DNA of 64,000 nucleotides from Octopus bimaculoides (GCF_001194135.2 NC_068986.1:40290304-40354303), one strand, 5' to 3'. Positions 36,494 through 48,540 are shown, numbered from the stretch's first letter. Notes: generated by a model from the sequence alone, not told the origin. Made by a program: numbers and translations.

Positions 36494-36640
36494 GTTTTAA
36501 ATTTTGCTTTAAAAGCAGCAGTTTTGGGAGAGGGGATGAGTTGATTGCATTGACTCCAGTGTTCAACTGGTACTTATTTTATCGACTCCAAAAGATGAAA
36601 GGTAAAGTCAACCTCAGTGGAATTTGAACTCAGAACATAG
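35466..36640 (-). mobile_element. Cluster of four family C SINEs (35466-35580, 36011-36220, 36234-36448, 36493-36640) with (AAT)/(AGT)n spacers
   Basis: Same-orientation head-to-tail units; a family B copy sits in the first spacer. Confidence 0.88.
35606..35998 (+). mobile_element. SINE family B, full length
   Basis: Same head and body as 20358-20727; flanked by (AGT)n on both sides. Confidence 0.93.
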
Positions 36641-37198
36641 TGAATAATAATAATGGTAATAATAATAATAATGATAATGATAATAATAAAAGAAAGAAAA
36701 TTGGGATATAATTCTTAGAATGGATTTTAAGCAAGCACTTTGTTGGAACATGCGCTTTTGAATCTGGAAGGATGGAAACCGAAGTAAACACTGTTCTTAT
36801 TTGAAATTTTTCCAATGAGAATCCAAACTTTGGTTATTGTAAATCTTGCCGGTTTGAGTAGCTTTCCTTCAAACAGCATGTTTTGCTGAAATTTATGTTT
36901 TATGTAAAGCATAGATTATAGAATTCCATTATGAAAAGCATTTACTATGGGATTCCAGAAGAGAAGTTGTTTACTTTACTCTGCTTTTGATTTTGTGTTG
37001 TCAATGCAAACCCACACCAGTTTTCTTGGATTTGGGACTTTCTCTGATGTTTTAGAAAATATTAAGCGTAAACTCTGCCACTTTTTTTTTATTTTTAGCA
37101 AGTGAAGTTCTTTTTCTTTTTTTTCAATTTATTATGTCATCTACTTAGCTGTGATGTATCTGGTATTAAGGACATTTATCTGATAACACTGTTCTTAC

Positions 37199-37316
37199 AG
37201 TGCTCCATGTTGTTGTTATTAACTGGAGATGGGTTTTCATCACCAATAGGAGTAGAATACTTCATTAGATATTCACAAGCAGTGTGATCCTGTTTCAGAA
37301 ACACAAGAATGAACCC
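37199..37316 (-). CDS. Candidate internal exon, 118 nt, product unknown
   Basis: Strong acceptor tattttatttcttttcccag, donor cact/GTAAGA; only one of three frames is open: GFILVFLKQDHTACEYLMKYSTPIGDENPSPVNNNNMEH (phase 0 to phase 1); lies in non-repetitive sequence. Confidence 0.35.
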
Positions 37317-37630
37317 CTGGGAAAAGAAATAAAATAAAGTTATGAAATGCTTCATTCCCCCCATGGGAGATCTTGTCATTAACTTGAAATGCTTGTGTGA
37401 ATAGTAACTCCTGTGCTTTTCTTGTAGCTCTCCTCACTTAGAAAGCACAAATGGCAAGCAGGCAGCTTGTTCAGTTACTTTCCCTTTAGGAACATTTGAT
37501 AACGTTTGGTAATAATATATCTATTTCCATATTTTAGTTTATGTATCTGTGTATACATACACATACATCACACACCTTGTGTTTATATATATATACAAAT
37601 GGATATCTTATACAATGCACATGCTTTCTT

Positions 37631-37796
37631 AGGCGTGGCTGGGTGGTAAGAAGCTTGCTTCCCAACCACATGGTTCCAGGTTCAGTCCCTTTGTGTGGCA
37701 CCTTGGGCAAGTTTATTCTACTATAGCCTTGGGCCAACCAAAGCCTTGTGAGTGGATTGTGGATTTGGTAGATGGAAACTGAAAGAAGCCTGTTGC

Positions 37797-37848
<52 letters not shown>

Positions 37849-37985
37849 GTGTGTGTGTGTGTGTGTGTGTCTTTGTGTCTGTGTTTGTCCCTCACCACCA
37901 TCACTTGACAACCGATGTTAGTGTGTTTACGTCCCTGTAACTTACCAGTTTAGTAAAAGAGACTGATAGAATAAGTACTAGAGTT
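37631..37985 (+). mobile_element. SINE family A, 3'-truncated
   Basis: aggcgtggctgggtggtaagaagc head to gactgatagaataagtactag. Confidence 0.88.
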
Positions 37986-38339
37986 AACAAGTGAGACAGA
38001 GACAGGCAGAAGCAAGAAAAATGCCGCTGTTGTTTGAATACTATACAAATATGTCTTTAAAAAGTCTTTTCTTTTAAATTTACCAAAAATTAATTTTTCA
38101 ATAATTTTTTCAAAAATCCATTATTTCATATTTACTGTTGAAAACATCTCAAGGATCGAAACTGGTTCTGTAATGTTCTTTATAAAAGTATTTTAGCATT
38201 TTCTACTTTGTCTTTTTTTCATATATATATATATATATATATAGATAGATAGATAGATAGATAGATATCTTTCGGAATTATGGAGATTGTACTTGCATAG
38301 CAAGCGACCTGATCTGAGATCATGTGCTGGAATGAAAAC

Positions 38340-38577
38340 AATTGCAGCATGGAAGGTGTTTATAAGCCATTTAAGAAACACACAAAAACTGTTAGATTCA
38401 CTTCAACATTCAAATTTAATTTGCTAATTTAATTTACAACAGAGATGCAGCACAGGATTTTGTCGCGGTCTCAAAGCGACGAAAATATTTTGGCAAATTA
38501 AATTTAAATGTTGAAGTGAATCTAACGGTTTTTGTGTGTTTCTTAAAGGGCTTATAAACACCTTCCACGCTGCAATT
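38340..38577. repeat. 85-bp inverted repeat (foldback) with 68-nt spacer
   Basis: 38340-38424 versus the reverse complement of 38493-38577: 81/85 identical. Confidence 0.95.
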
Positions 38578-38829
38578 ATTTATGTATATCTATTTATTTA
38601 TTTACTTGTGTTTGTGTGTGTGTGTGTGTGTATGGATTGCTCTCTGACTGGCCAGCTCCTGTCAAACTGCCCAACCCATGCCAGCATAGAAAACGGACAT
38701 TAGATGATGCTGATGATATGTGCATATATACATGTGTGTGTACATATGCATGTAATATATTTCTCCATGGCCAGGCATAGTTCCACAAAATATTAGAAAT
38801 GAATGACACCACCTCTATGATAGTAATAC

Positions 38830-39036
38830 TCATTTACAGCTGTAACAGTATCAAGACAAAGAGATACAAACACACGATGGGCGTTTTTCAGTTGCCCTCT
38901 TCCAGACCAACTCACAAGACTTTGGTTAGCTTGGGGATATAGCAAAAGACACTTGACCAAGATGCCACTCAGTGGGACTGAGCCTAAAACCACGTGGTTG
39001 GGAAGCAAACATCTCAACCATACAGCCTTGCCTGTG
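38830..39036 (-). mobile_element. SINE family A-type head and CORE-like part, variant body
   Basis: aaagacacttgaccaagatgccactcagtgggactgagcc...aaccatacagccttgcctg. Confidence 0.75.
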
Positions 39037-39462
39037 ATGTGATGTGATATGTATGTATGTGTATGAGTGTGTCTGTGTGCAAGTATGTGTGTGTGAGACT
39101 GGTTTTGGTCATTAAAAATTTCATCTGCACACTTGTAATCAACCTGAAACTCTGGAAGAAATTGCTACATAAATGAAACCTGAAACTGCATGATCACAAA
39201 ACAAGCTTTATAACCACTCAGCCATCCTTGAACCCAAACTTTATTTAGTCAGAAGTGCGTGTGTGTGTGTACCGGAAATCATTAAATTTCCACAATTCTC
39301 ATAAGTTTTATTTTTTCATCCACCCTCCTTAACAGTTTGATGTATTCGGAATGTCTTTAGAAATTTTTTGATGAAATTTATGACATTTTACTTTTATTTG
39401 CTTGTCGATTTTTATATTCATTTTGACTTCATTGGTGGGGAATTACGTATTATATATATATA

Positions 39463-39472
39463 AGATCGGAAG
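39463..39472 (+). other. Probable Illumina adapter remnant at contig end
   Basis: AGATCGGAAG immediately before the N-run equals the start of the TruSeq adapter AGATCGGAAGAGC. Confidence 0.75.
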
Positions 39473-40269
39473 NNNNNNNNNNNNNNNNNNNNNNNNNNNN
39501 NNNNNNNNNNNNNNNNNNNNNNNNNNNNNNNNNNNNNNNNNNNTGTATGTATGTATGTATGTATGTGTGTGTGTGTGTAAGCATTCAGATATATATAAAC
39601 ATACTCATATACATAAACAAACACTGTTTATTTTTTTTTCCCCTTTGTTTTCTTTTGATTCTCATTAAATATAATAGCTAAATATAAAACCGAAGATATT
39701 TTAAAGCAATTTGATCTTTTAGATATTTTTCTTTCTTCAATGCAAAGAAGTTAATCCTCAAATGTCATATGAAGCTTAAGTTGTTGCATAAACATCCTAA
39801 TGAGTTGATGATGTGGGGTTGGAAAAAAACTTCATTTTGGCATATGATGTACCATGATATTGCCAAGGGGTTATCAACCAGTATATCCTGTTATTTTATA
39901 TTTTTTTTATTGTATTAATTTGTTGCTGGTGATGGGAAAGGAAAGAATAAAATTAATTTAAAAAAAGCAAAAAGTTATCAAAAATAATATTTTTTGAACA
40001 CTTTTTTTCTTACATTATATTAAAAAATGCTAAGTGTAAAGATTGTTACTGCAAAATTCATTTTGGAATCCTTTTTCAACGGTGTTTTGAGAAGCAAATA
40101 TATCTTCAACCACATTGCCTGTGTGTTTTTGAAGTAAGCTGAATTGTAGTTTAGTGACTCAGTGGAGTGTTGGGTCTTACTGAGCAATAGTTGAATGGAC
40201 ACAATGGACACAGTATTAAAGAACCAGGTGTTTAAATCTACTGTTTGTGTTTGCATTGTATATAAATAT

Positions 40270-40440
40270 TCTTGAGCAAAACACTTCATTCCATGTTGCT
40301 CCAGTTCACTCAGCTAGCAAAAATGAGTAATCCTGCGATGGACCAGCATCTTGTCCTGGTGCAGAATATATACACCATGAAACCAGGAAACTGGCCCTTG
40401 TGAGTTGACTTGACATTAGACGGTAGCTTTACTTTTACCT
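40270..40440 (+). mobile_element. SINE family D-type fragment
   Basis: tcttgagcaaaacacttcattccatgttgctccagttcactcagct...aaatgagtaatcctgcgatggacc. Confidence 0.65.
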
Positions 40441-40873
40441 TGCTAGTCTGTGGTCTGATGGTCGGGGTCATTGCCCTAATAGACTGGCCTCCACTTTTCT
40501 GTTACCAAATTTCACTCACAGCACTTGTTTGATCCAAAGTTGTCGCAGAAGACTCTTGCCCAAGATGCATACAGTGGGAATTAATCTGAAACCATATATT
40601 TATAAAACAAACATTTTAACTATATAGACATGATTTCACTTTTACAGCAGTATGCTTAATTTTAAATACCTCAGTTTACTATCAGATCAATTTGGATTGT
40701 TCTTGAGATAGATTGGTATCCATTTCAGTAAACAAGTCTATTTTTTATCTGCTTAACACTGACTTACTGGAGTTGAAGACGTGTTTTAAAAACTTCTTGA
40801 GCTTTGGAAACATTTTCATTTGCTAATCATCTTGCATTTCATATTGGCACTACATTGTCCATAATGGATACAC

Positions 40874-41046
40874 TTAACTCTTTAGCATTTAAACTGGCCA
40901 TAATCTGGCCCAAATATTCTACCTGTTTTGTGTTCAAACTGGTCAGATCTAACCTCTTCAAGCTACAGGATAATGCACGACTGATTCAAAATTATATGAA
41001 TAAATAATCATTACAGTTGACGGTAATTTTATTGCTAAAGGATCAA
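40874..41046. mobile_element. TTAA-ended (piggyBac-type) MITE, internally deleted
   Basis: Starts TTAActctttagcatttaaactggcc; ends ttgctaaaggatcaa; same family as 13690-13873. Confidence 0.68.
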
Positions 41047-42481
41047 ATCAAATTGGCTCTGTTGATAGTTACTAGAGAGGTTCTGGTTTACTGGAAGTAG
41101 TAGAGGAACAGTATGAAATAGCAAGTATAGTGAATAGTCAGCTTGTAGTTTAGGTCCTCCATCAGGCTACTAGAGAGATAGATATAATAAGTAGTATTAT
41201 TCTAGACAGGCCCCTGAAAACTGGTACATTGCTGGTTCCTCTAAGAATTATATGTGGGAGAATTTCTCATTCATTCAATCAATACCACATGAGCTCATAG
41301 TTTTGTTTTAAAGGAATGTATATTTCTCTAGAAATTATTGCATTTCTAATGTTTCCTATTTTGCTTAAATCTTTAGGACCCCCCCCCCCCCAACAAACAA
41401 ACAACACAAGTAAACACTCACACACATAAAACGAAAGAAGATATAGGGCGGAAGAGATGAAAGTACTTGAGTATTTTGTTTCCAAGTATTTGTTGTCTCT
41501 TTTGTTTTGTATTGCAGTCATTGTTTTCTGCACAAACAACATATTACTCTTATGCCATAGACTATATATATTCACGTCTCTTTTATGTTCTATCCAATCT
41601 CTGCCTAACCAATGCCACTTGTAAGCTGAAATTGTTTTTATACTTATCCTTGTTTTATAGAAAGCTTCCATCCACCATCACCTCAGTATTAGTTGTTACT
41701 GTTGTTGTTGTTGTTATTGTTATTGTAGTTGCAACTGACAAATTCTTGACAGCTTAAATTGTTAGGTTTGTTGATTTTTCATGTTATTTCTTCTAAGAGC
41801 TGCGCTGAAGAGTGAAAAGGTATGGGTAGGGTGTGTGTGTATGTGTGTGCGTGTATATTATTTATTTATCTTTCATTCTAGTTTATGTATGTACATGAGT
41901 GCTTTGTTAGTAGTGTTGGTGTGAAGATGTAATTACATAACACATCTTGCATGCACACACACATATACCACACACACAGACTCAAACACATTCATATTCA
42001 CATATCCAAACACACATGTGCATAAATGCACACAAAGGAACGAAAACAAAAAACAAATAAGCAGATAAAAGTAAAACAGAATTAAGTGACTTAATTTTCT
42101 TGGTATGTTACAAAATTAAAAAACAAAAATTGTTTGTTTGTAATTCACCAAATGTTTATGTAAAATAAATTAAGAATTAGGAGAGATTCAACAACGTTGA
42201 AAAGCCCCGTTAAGTGTTCCGCTATAAATCTAATTTTGTTCCCTCGATGCAGATATGTTGTTGGTAAAAGTTTTAAAATAATTGGTCTATTTAACCGGTA
42301 ATGTAGCAAAAATTACATTCTGTGTTAATGATCCCTTTCTTTCTTTTTTCCTTCCTTCCTTCTTTCCTTGTTTTCTTCCTTCTTTCTCAATTATAGTGTT
42401 AATTATTTGAGAAAAAAGGAAATGTCAGCGCATATTCACATCACATCACATCACACACACACTCACACACACACATCCACG

Positions 42482-43475
42482 TATACTTTTATTCTTTTAG
42501 TTGTTTCAGTCATTAGACTGTGGCCATGCTGGAGCAACACCTTAAAAGGTTTTCTTTTTTTTTTTTAGTCAAAGAAATCAACCTGAAGACTTATTCTTTG
42601 GAAGCCTAGTACTTATTCTATCAGTCTCTTTTGCTGAACTGCTAAGTTACAGGGACGTAAACACACCAACATTGGTTGTCGAGTGATGGTGAGGGGACAA
42701 ACATAGACAGACACACACACACGCATATATACAACAGGCTTCTTTCAGTTTTAGTCTACCAAATCCACTCACAAGGCTTCTGGTTGGTCTGAGACTATAG
42801 TAGAAGACACTTGCCCAAGGTGCCACACAGTGGGACTGAACCCAGAACAATGTGGTTGGGAAGCAAACTTCTTACCACACAGCCATGCTTGCACCTATAT
42901 GCACACAGCCACGCCTGCACTTGTGTATATCTTTTTATCTTTTATTTGTTTCAGTCATTGGACTGCAACCTTGCTAGGGAACTACCTTGAGAGGTTTTTA
43001 GTCAAACAAATCGACCCCTGTACCCATTTTTAAGTGTGGTACATATTCTATTATGTGGTTATCATTTATCTTTTACGTGTTTCAGTCATCAGACTGTGGC
43101 CATACTGGGGCAACGAGTTGAAGAATTTTTAGTTGAATGGCTCAACCCCACTACCCATTTTTTTTCTTCTTTTTTTTGAAGCCTGGCACTTATTCTATTG
43201 GCCTCTTTTGCCACACTTCTAAGTTATGGGGATGTAAACTCACCAACATTGGTTGTCAAATGGTGGTGGTGGGTAAACACAGACACAAACACAAACACAC
43301 ACATACACACATATGGTTTCTTTCATTATCCTTCTACCAAATCCACTCACAAATCTTTGGTCGGCCCAAGGCTATAGTAGAAGACCACTTGCCCAAGATG
43401 TCACACAGTGGGACTGAACCCGGAATAATGTGGTTGGGAAGTAAACTTCTTACCACGCAGCCACACTTGCACCTA
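42482..43475 (-). mobile_element. Three tandem family A copies (42482-42900, 42925-43040 partial, 43060-43475)
   Basis: Three successive tgtttcagtcat...gactg tails and two heads ending cacagcca...cttgcacctat. Confidence 0.85.
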
Positions 43476-43583
43476 TTTTATGTATTATTATTTTTTTCCA
43501 CTAAAATCAACACCAGTTGTATCGTGAAACTTGAGTAAAAGTATTTCCATTTCCTAAAGAAAAACATTAAAAATCAACAACAA

Positions 43584-44132
43584 TAGGCGCAGGAGTGGCT
43601 GTGTGGTAAGTAGCTTGCTTACCAACCACATGGTTCCGGGTTCAGTCCCACTGCGTGGCACCTTGGGCAAGTGTCTTCTACTATAGCCTCGGGCTGACCA
43701 AAGCCTTGTGAGTGGATTTGGTAGACGGAAACTGAAAGAAGCCCGTCGTATATATATGTATATATANNNNNNNNNNNNNNNNNNNNNNNNNNNNNNNNNN
43801 NNNNNNNNNNNNNNNNNNNNNNNNNNNNNNNNNNNNNNNNNNNNNNNNNNNNNNNNNNNNNNNNNNNNNNNNNNNNNNNNNNNNNNNNNNNNNNNNNNNN
43901 NNNNNNNNNNNNNNNNNNNNNNNNNNNNNNNNNNNNNNNNNNNNNNATCGCTTGACAACCGATGTTGGTGTGTTTACCTCCCCGTAACTTAGCGGTTCGG
44001 CAAAAAGAGACCGATAGAATAAGTACTAGGCTTACAAAGAATAAGTCCTGGGGTCGAATTTCTCGACTAAAGGCGGTGCTCCAGCATGGCCGCAGTCAAA
44101 TGACTGAAACAAGTTAAAGAGAGTAAAAGAGA
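43584..44132 (+). mobile_element. SINE family A, very young copy spanning gap 43767-43946
   Basis: taggcgcaggagtggctgtgtggtaagtagc...ggcggtgctccagcatggccgcagtcaaatgactgaaac; CpGs intact. Confidence 0.95.
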
Positions 44133-44927
44133 ACCAAAAAATCCATACGAATAAATAATCAGATGGACCTGTGGTTTTATAGCAGTTTTAAGAAAGTAAA
44201 CGTCTTGTACTTAAGCTGCAAACTTAATTCAAGTTGTGTCAGTCACAGTAAATAAGTAACTCTCTGTAAGCAGATAAGTTTATTATTTTCTTGTTGAGCT
44301 TCTTGCAGTATTACGCAATATATAGGAAATGGTATGTAAGCTGGAATATATAAAAGCACAACGATTGTGGCAAGCTTTGAACTGAAGAACAATTGGAAAA
44401 CTTGAGATTCGTTCCATTTTGTATTTTGATTTGGTATTAAAGTTTTAAATGTTGCACTGGATTGAGTAAGGACAATGAAAAATGAATAATTAATGTCACA
44501 TAAAGCTGCTTTGTCTTCTACTTTTGTCGGTGTTATGTAACTTTCACTCTCCATCCCCTCTCTCTCCCGCTCTTCTTCCATCTCCCTCTCTCTCTATATT
44601 TCTGTTTACATGTATGTGTGTGTGTGTATTTGTATGTATGTATGTATATATATCTGTGTGTTTGTGTGTCTATATATCTGTCTATGTATTTGTATATATG
44701 TATGTATATATATATAATTTAATAAACACAGGATTTAAATGTGAGCTATTATAAATTTCAAGTTCTCATCATACATTAATAAGACAGACTTGTATAGTGT
44801 ACCCTATACTATCCTGCAATCTTTCAGGCTCAGAATAAATCCTTGTTTATTTTGTTGCTGGTCTTACTAATAATGGAATGATACACTACACTATACATAC
44901 ATACATACACACAGACACAGACACACA

Positions 44928-44960
<33 letters not shown>

Positions 44961-45073
44961 TTACACACAAACACACACACACACACCTACACACTCACAC
45001 ACAAACACGCACACACTTACAAACATACATACATACATACATGTGCAGACACATGTCCACAGTTGTATATATG

Positions 45074-45230
45074 TGGGTGTGCGGTTAAGAAGTTTGCTTC
45101 ACAAATACATGGTTTTGGGTTCAGTCCCCCTATGTGGTACCTTGGGCAAGTATCTTCTACTCAAACCCAGTCCAACCAAACCCATGTGAATGAATTTAGC
45201 TGATGGAAATTGCAAAAAATGTTGTTACAT
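45074..45230 (+). mobile_element. SINE family A 5' part, old
   Basis: gcggttaagaagtttgcttc...ggtaccttgggcaagtatcttctact. Confidence 0.72.
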
Positions 45231-45432
45231 TTATGTATTTGTTTTGGAAATTTCTTGATGTGAAATCATGTGTTGAAACAGATATTGTTATACTTAAGGA
45301 TGGCCATTTTTTGCCATCTGAATCTATGTTGTTGGATATCTCTTATGTTTGTTTCATCTGCCAGACTTTTCCATGTTGACTTAGGGCTTGCTGGATGAAA
45401 GTATTAATTTTGGTGTTTTCCCTCTCCTAGAA

Positions 45433-45636
45433 CAGTGCTCTGCAACTGGTATGCTGCAGCACACTGGTATGCTGCAGCACACTGGTGTGCCACAAAACGA
45501 TGCTAGGTGTACCACAAAATGGTGCTAGGTGTACCTGAATATAATTTTTTACCCTATACTTATTAGTTCTATTTTTAGTTTAGGTGTGCCACCAAATTTG
45601 GAAAAGAATAAAGTGTAAAAAGGTTGCAGAGCCTTG
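45433..45636. mobile_element. hAT MITE, 204 bp, perfect 8-bp TSD
   Basis: TSD tcctagaa at 45425-45432 and 45637-45644; TIRs cagtgctctgcaac / RC caaggctctgcaac (12/14); internal 18-bp tandem duplication at 45446-45481. Confidence 0.9.
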
Positions 45637-45766
45637 TCCTAGAATGATTGCTTTCACCTCAGCTATGGGCCACAACCTACCCTTAAAAGATCTGTTTGGG
45701 CTGACAACCTACCCTTGAAAAATCCATGATTGGACTGACAATATACATGCATGCATGCATGTACGC

Positions 45767-45822
<56 letters not shown>

Positions 45823-46098
45823 GAAGCCTGGACATTCTGCTTGGAAGTCTGCACGTTCTGTGTGGCGATGATAGTGAAGCCACTTGACTGAAATTCTTTC
45901 TTAACTGCACTGGAACTTAGCTATTTCTAGCACTGTTATATCACCTAAAGACTATTTTTGGTAACACTCTTATATCATCAAAAGACTATTTTTGGCATCT
46001 TATGTGCCACATTGGTAAGAATCAACAACTGGCATTTCAGAGGGTTTTTTCTTTCTTTTTTTCTTTGGTCTTGGTAAAGTTAATAGAATAAAATCAAC

Positions 46099-46680
46099 CT
46101 TTTACTTGTTTCAGCCATTGGACTATGGCCATGCTGGGCACCAATCCTTCCTAGTTCTTGTTTTTAAGTCTGGAACTTATTCTGTTGATCTCTTTTGTCA
46201 AACTGCTAAGTTATGGGGAATGTAACCAAAATAACACCACTCGTCAAACAGTAGGAGGACACACTCACACACACACACACACACACACATACACACATGC
46301 ATGATAGGCTTCCATACAGTTTCTTATTTCTTTATTGCCCACAAGAGGCTAAACATAGAGGGGACAAACAAGGACAGACAAAAGGATTAAGTCGATTACA
46401 TCGACCCCAGTGCGTAACTAGTACTTAATTTATCAACCCCGGATAAGCGATAGTGGGGGATAGACACAGACACACACATGTTGGTAAATGTATGTGAGTG
46501 TGTATATATATATGATGAGCTTCTTCCAGTTTCTGTCTACCAATTCCAGTCACAAGGCTTTGGTCAGCCTGAGGCTATAGTAGAAGACACTTGCTCTAGG
46601 TGTCACCCAGTGGAACTGAACTCAGAACCATGTTCTTGGGAAGTAAGCTTCTTATCACACAACCATGCCTGCACCTATAT
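46099..46680 (-). mobile_element. Composite: family A part (46099-46320), family C 3' part (46322-46442), family A 5' part (46443-46680)
   Basis: The C segment ttcttatttctttattgcccacaag...atcgaccccagtgcgtaac is nearly identical to the left part of 47299-47533. Confidence 0.8.
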
Positions 46681-47298
46681 TAATAAGTCAGGTAATAAAT
46701 TAATTACTGTATTGATTAGCTTTTTAAATATTAACATTAGATTTCATTTTTAATATTTTTAATATTTATTTATATATGTTTTTTGTTTTTATTTCCTAAT
46801 TGCTCTTAATAGCTGAAGAGTTTAGCAGTGGCTCAGCTGAGTCAATATTTTGTTAAAAGAAATCTCATGTATGTTTAGAGCAGTTACTATTTATGTTAAA
46901 GGAAGTTCATTAATTGATGGTGTTAATATAAATATTCTTTTGACATTGCCAGCAGGATGAAATATTGAAATTTATTTGTTTTGTTTTTGTTTCAAAAATT
47001 CATTCTTAACTTGTATTGAAAGAGTTAGTAAATTATTTTTTGCTGTTTTGTTTACATGGTTCAGATATCAAAGGTTGGAGAACAGAGCACAGGTGTTAGA
47101 GGGCTAAATTTCAGATATTTTATATTTAGTTTGTTGTCTTTTATGTCTGAGTTTAAAAAAAAAACACAATCTACTTTTATTAGCCTTAGGTATTCATTCA
47201 TACCTTCATGCATGTAAATAAAATACCATCAATATAAATAAGTTAAAAGTTAACAACACTTTCTAAAATAACATTGGTGGTACTTAACTCTGATTTCT

Positions 47299-47533
47299 TA
47301 TTTCTTTATTGCCCACAAGGGGCTAAACAGAGAGGGGACAAACAAGGACAGACAAAGGGATTAAGTCAATTACATCGACCCCAGTGCGTAACTGGTACTT
47401 AATTTATCGACCCCAAAAGGATGAAAGGCAAAGTCGACCTCGGTGGAATTTGAACTCGGAACGTAACGGCAGACAAAATGCCGTTATGCATTTCGCCCGG
47501 CGTGCTAACGTTTCTGCCAGCTCGCCGCCTTAT
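47299..47533 (-). mobile_element. SINE family C, young full-length copy with 15-bp TSD
   Basis: TSD ttaactctgatttct at 47284-47298 and 47534-47548; head aggcggcgagctggcagaaacgttagcacgccgggcg; B box gttcaaattcc. Confidence 0.95.
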
Positions 47534-47644
47534 TTAACTCTGATTTCTATTGGATAAGAGTTATATCTTCTCTTGGATAGGAAGCCTGTTACTTATGCGT
47601 GACTCATAGCAATGCTATCTGAGTCAATGTAAAATTAATTGCTG

Positions 47645-48540
47645 CTATGGCTGTGTGGTTAAGAAGTTTGTTTCACAGTTGCATGATTCCAGGTTCAATC
47701 TCACTGTGCAAGTCTTTGAGCAAGTGTCTTCAATCATTTTTGGGTTAACGAATTTCTTACATTTGAAATTTGCCAGACTGAAACTACTGAAGTCCATCAC
47801 CTATATTTATGTATATATGTGTATATCTTTCACTGATGTAAGTTGTTGAATTTTTTTCATCTCAGTAAGAAAACTATGTATTTCACCCATGTTGCATAGA
47901 AGCTCTTTCTTTGTCACCTTGCTGTTTTAGAAATACCATAAACCAATCAGTGTATGGTGCATCAAACCTTGCAACATATGATACTTTTGTTCACAAAATT
48001 CTTATCTTTAAAATTAACAAAAATTATAAAATAGGTATTTAGATTCCAAAACCTAAACCCTTGTATAATCCATGTGCTGGTGTTCATAATATATTATCCA
48101 CTTGGTCATTTAGGCTTTTACTAAATTCGGAGGCATTTAGAACCAAGTGTATTTGTTCAATTGTACAACCTAACACCTTTCTGTGGATTTTAAATTCATG
48201 AGCTGAGAGCTAGTAAGTCCAATACATTATCATTCATCTATGTCATTTTTAAGTTCTGTTAATAGAGGGACTTAGTCGTTTTGAATTGGTGCCAATATAA
48301 TACAGATATATTTATAATTGCTTACAATTCATTGAGCCCTGGTGCAACGAAGAGTTAATCATAACATGTGAATTGTGATGAAGAAGGGTACCATTACTTA
48401 ATGTTACACATACACACGTGTGTGTATATGGGGGGGGGGGGTAAGAAGCTTGCTTCCCAACCACATGGTTCCAGGTTCAGTCCCACTGCGTGGTACCTTG
48501 GGCAAGTATCAAGTGTCCTCTACTATAGCCTTGGGCCAAC
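47645..48540 (+). mobile_element. Two family A 5' fragments (47645-47810 old; 48435-48540 running into a gap)
   Basis: tggctgtgtggttaagaagtttg... and ggtaagaagcttgcttcccaaccacatggttccaggttcagtccc. Confidence 0.75.

Noticed and set aside
35466-36640. CRISPR-like repeat-spacer array (also 62392-62475)
   Set aside because: Units are 150-210 bp diverged SINEs with microsatellite spacers, or a spacerless 21-bp tandem; no cas genes; eukaryotic context.
36727-36912. Coding-looking segment (STLLEHALLNLEGWKP on plus; 61-aa ORF on minus)
   Set aside because: Two competing weak interpretations and no recognisable homology.
41080-41160. RGSGLLEVVEEQYEIASIVNSQL resembling a non-LTR GGRGL motif
   Set aside because: Too short and too degenerate to support.
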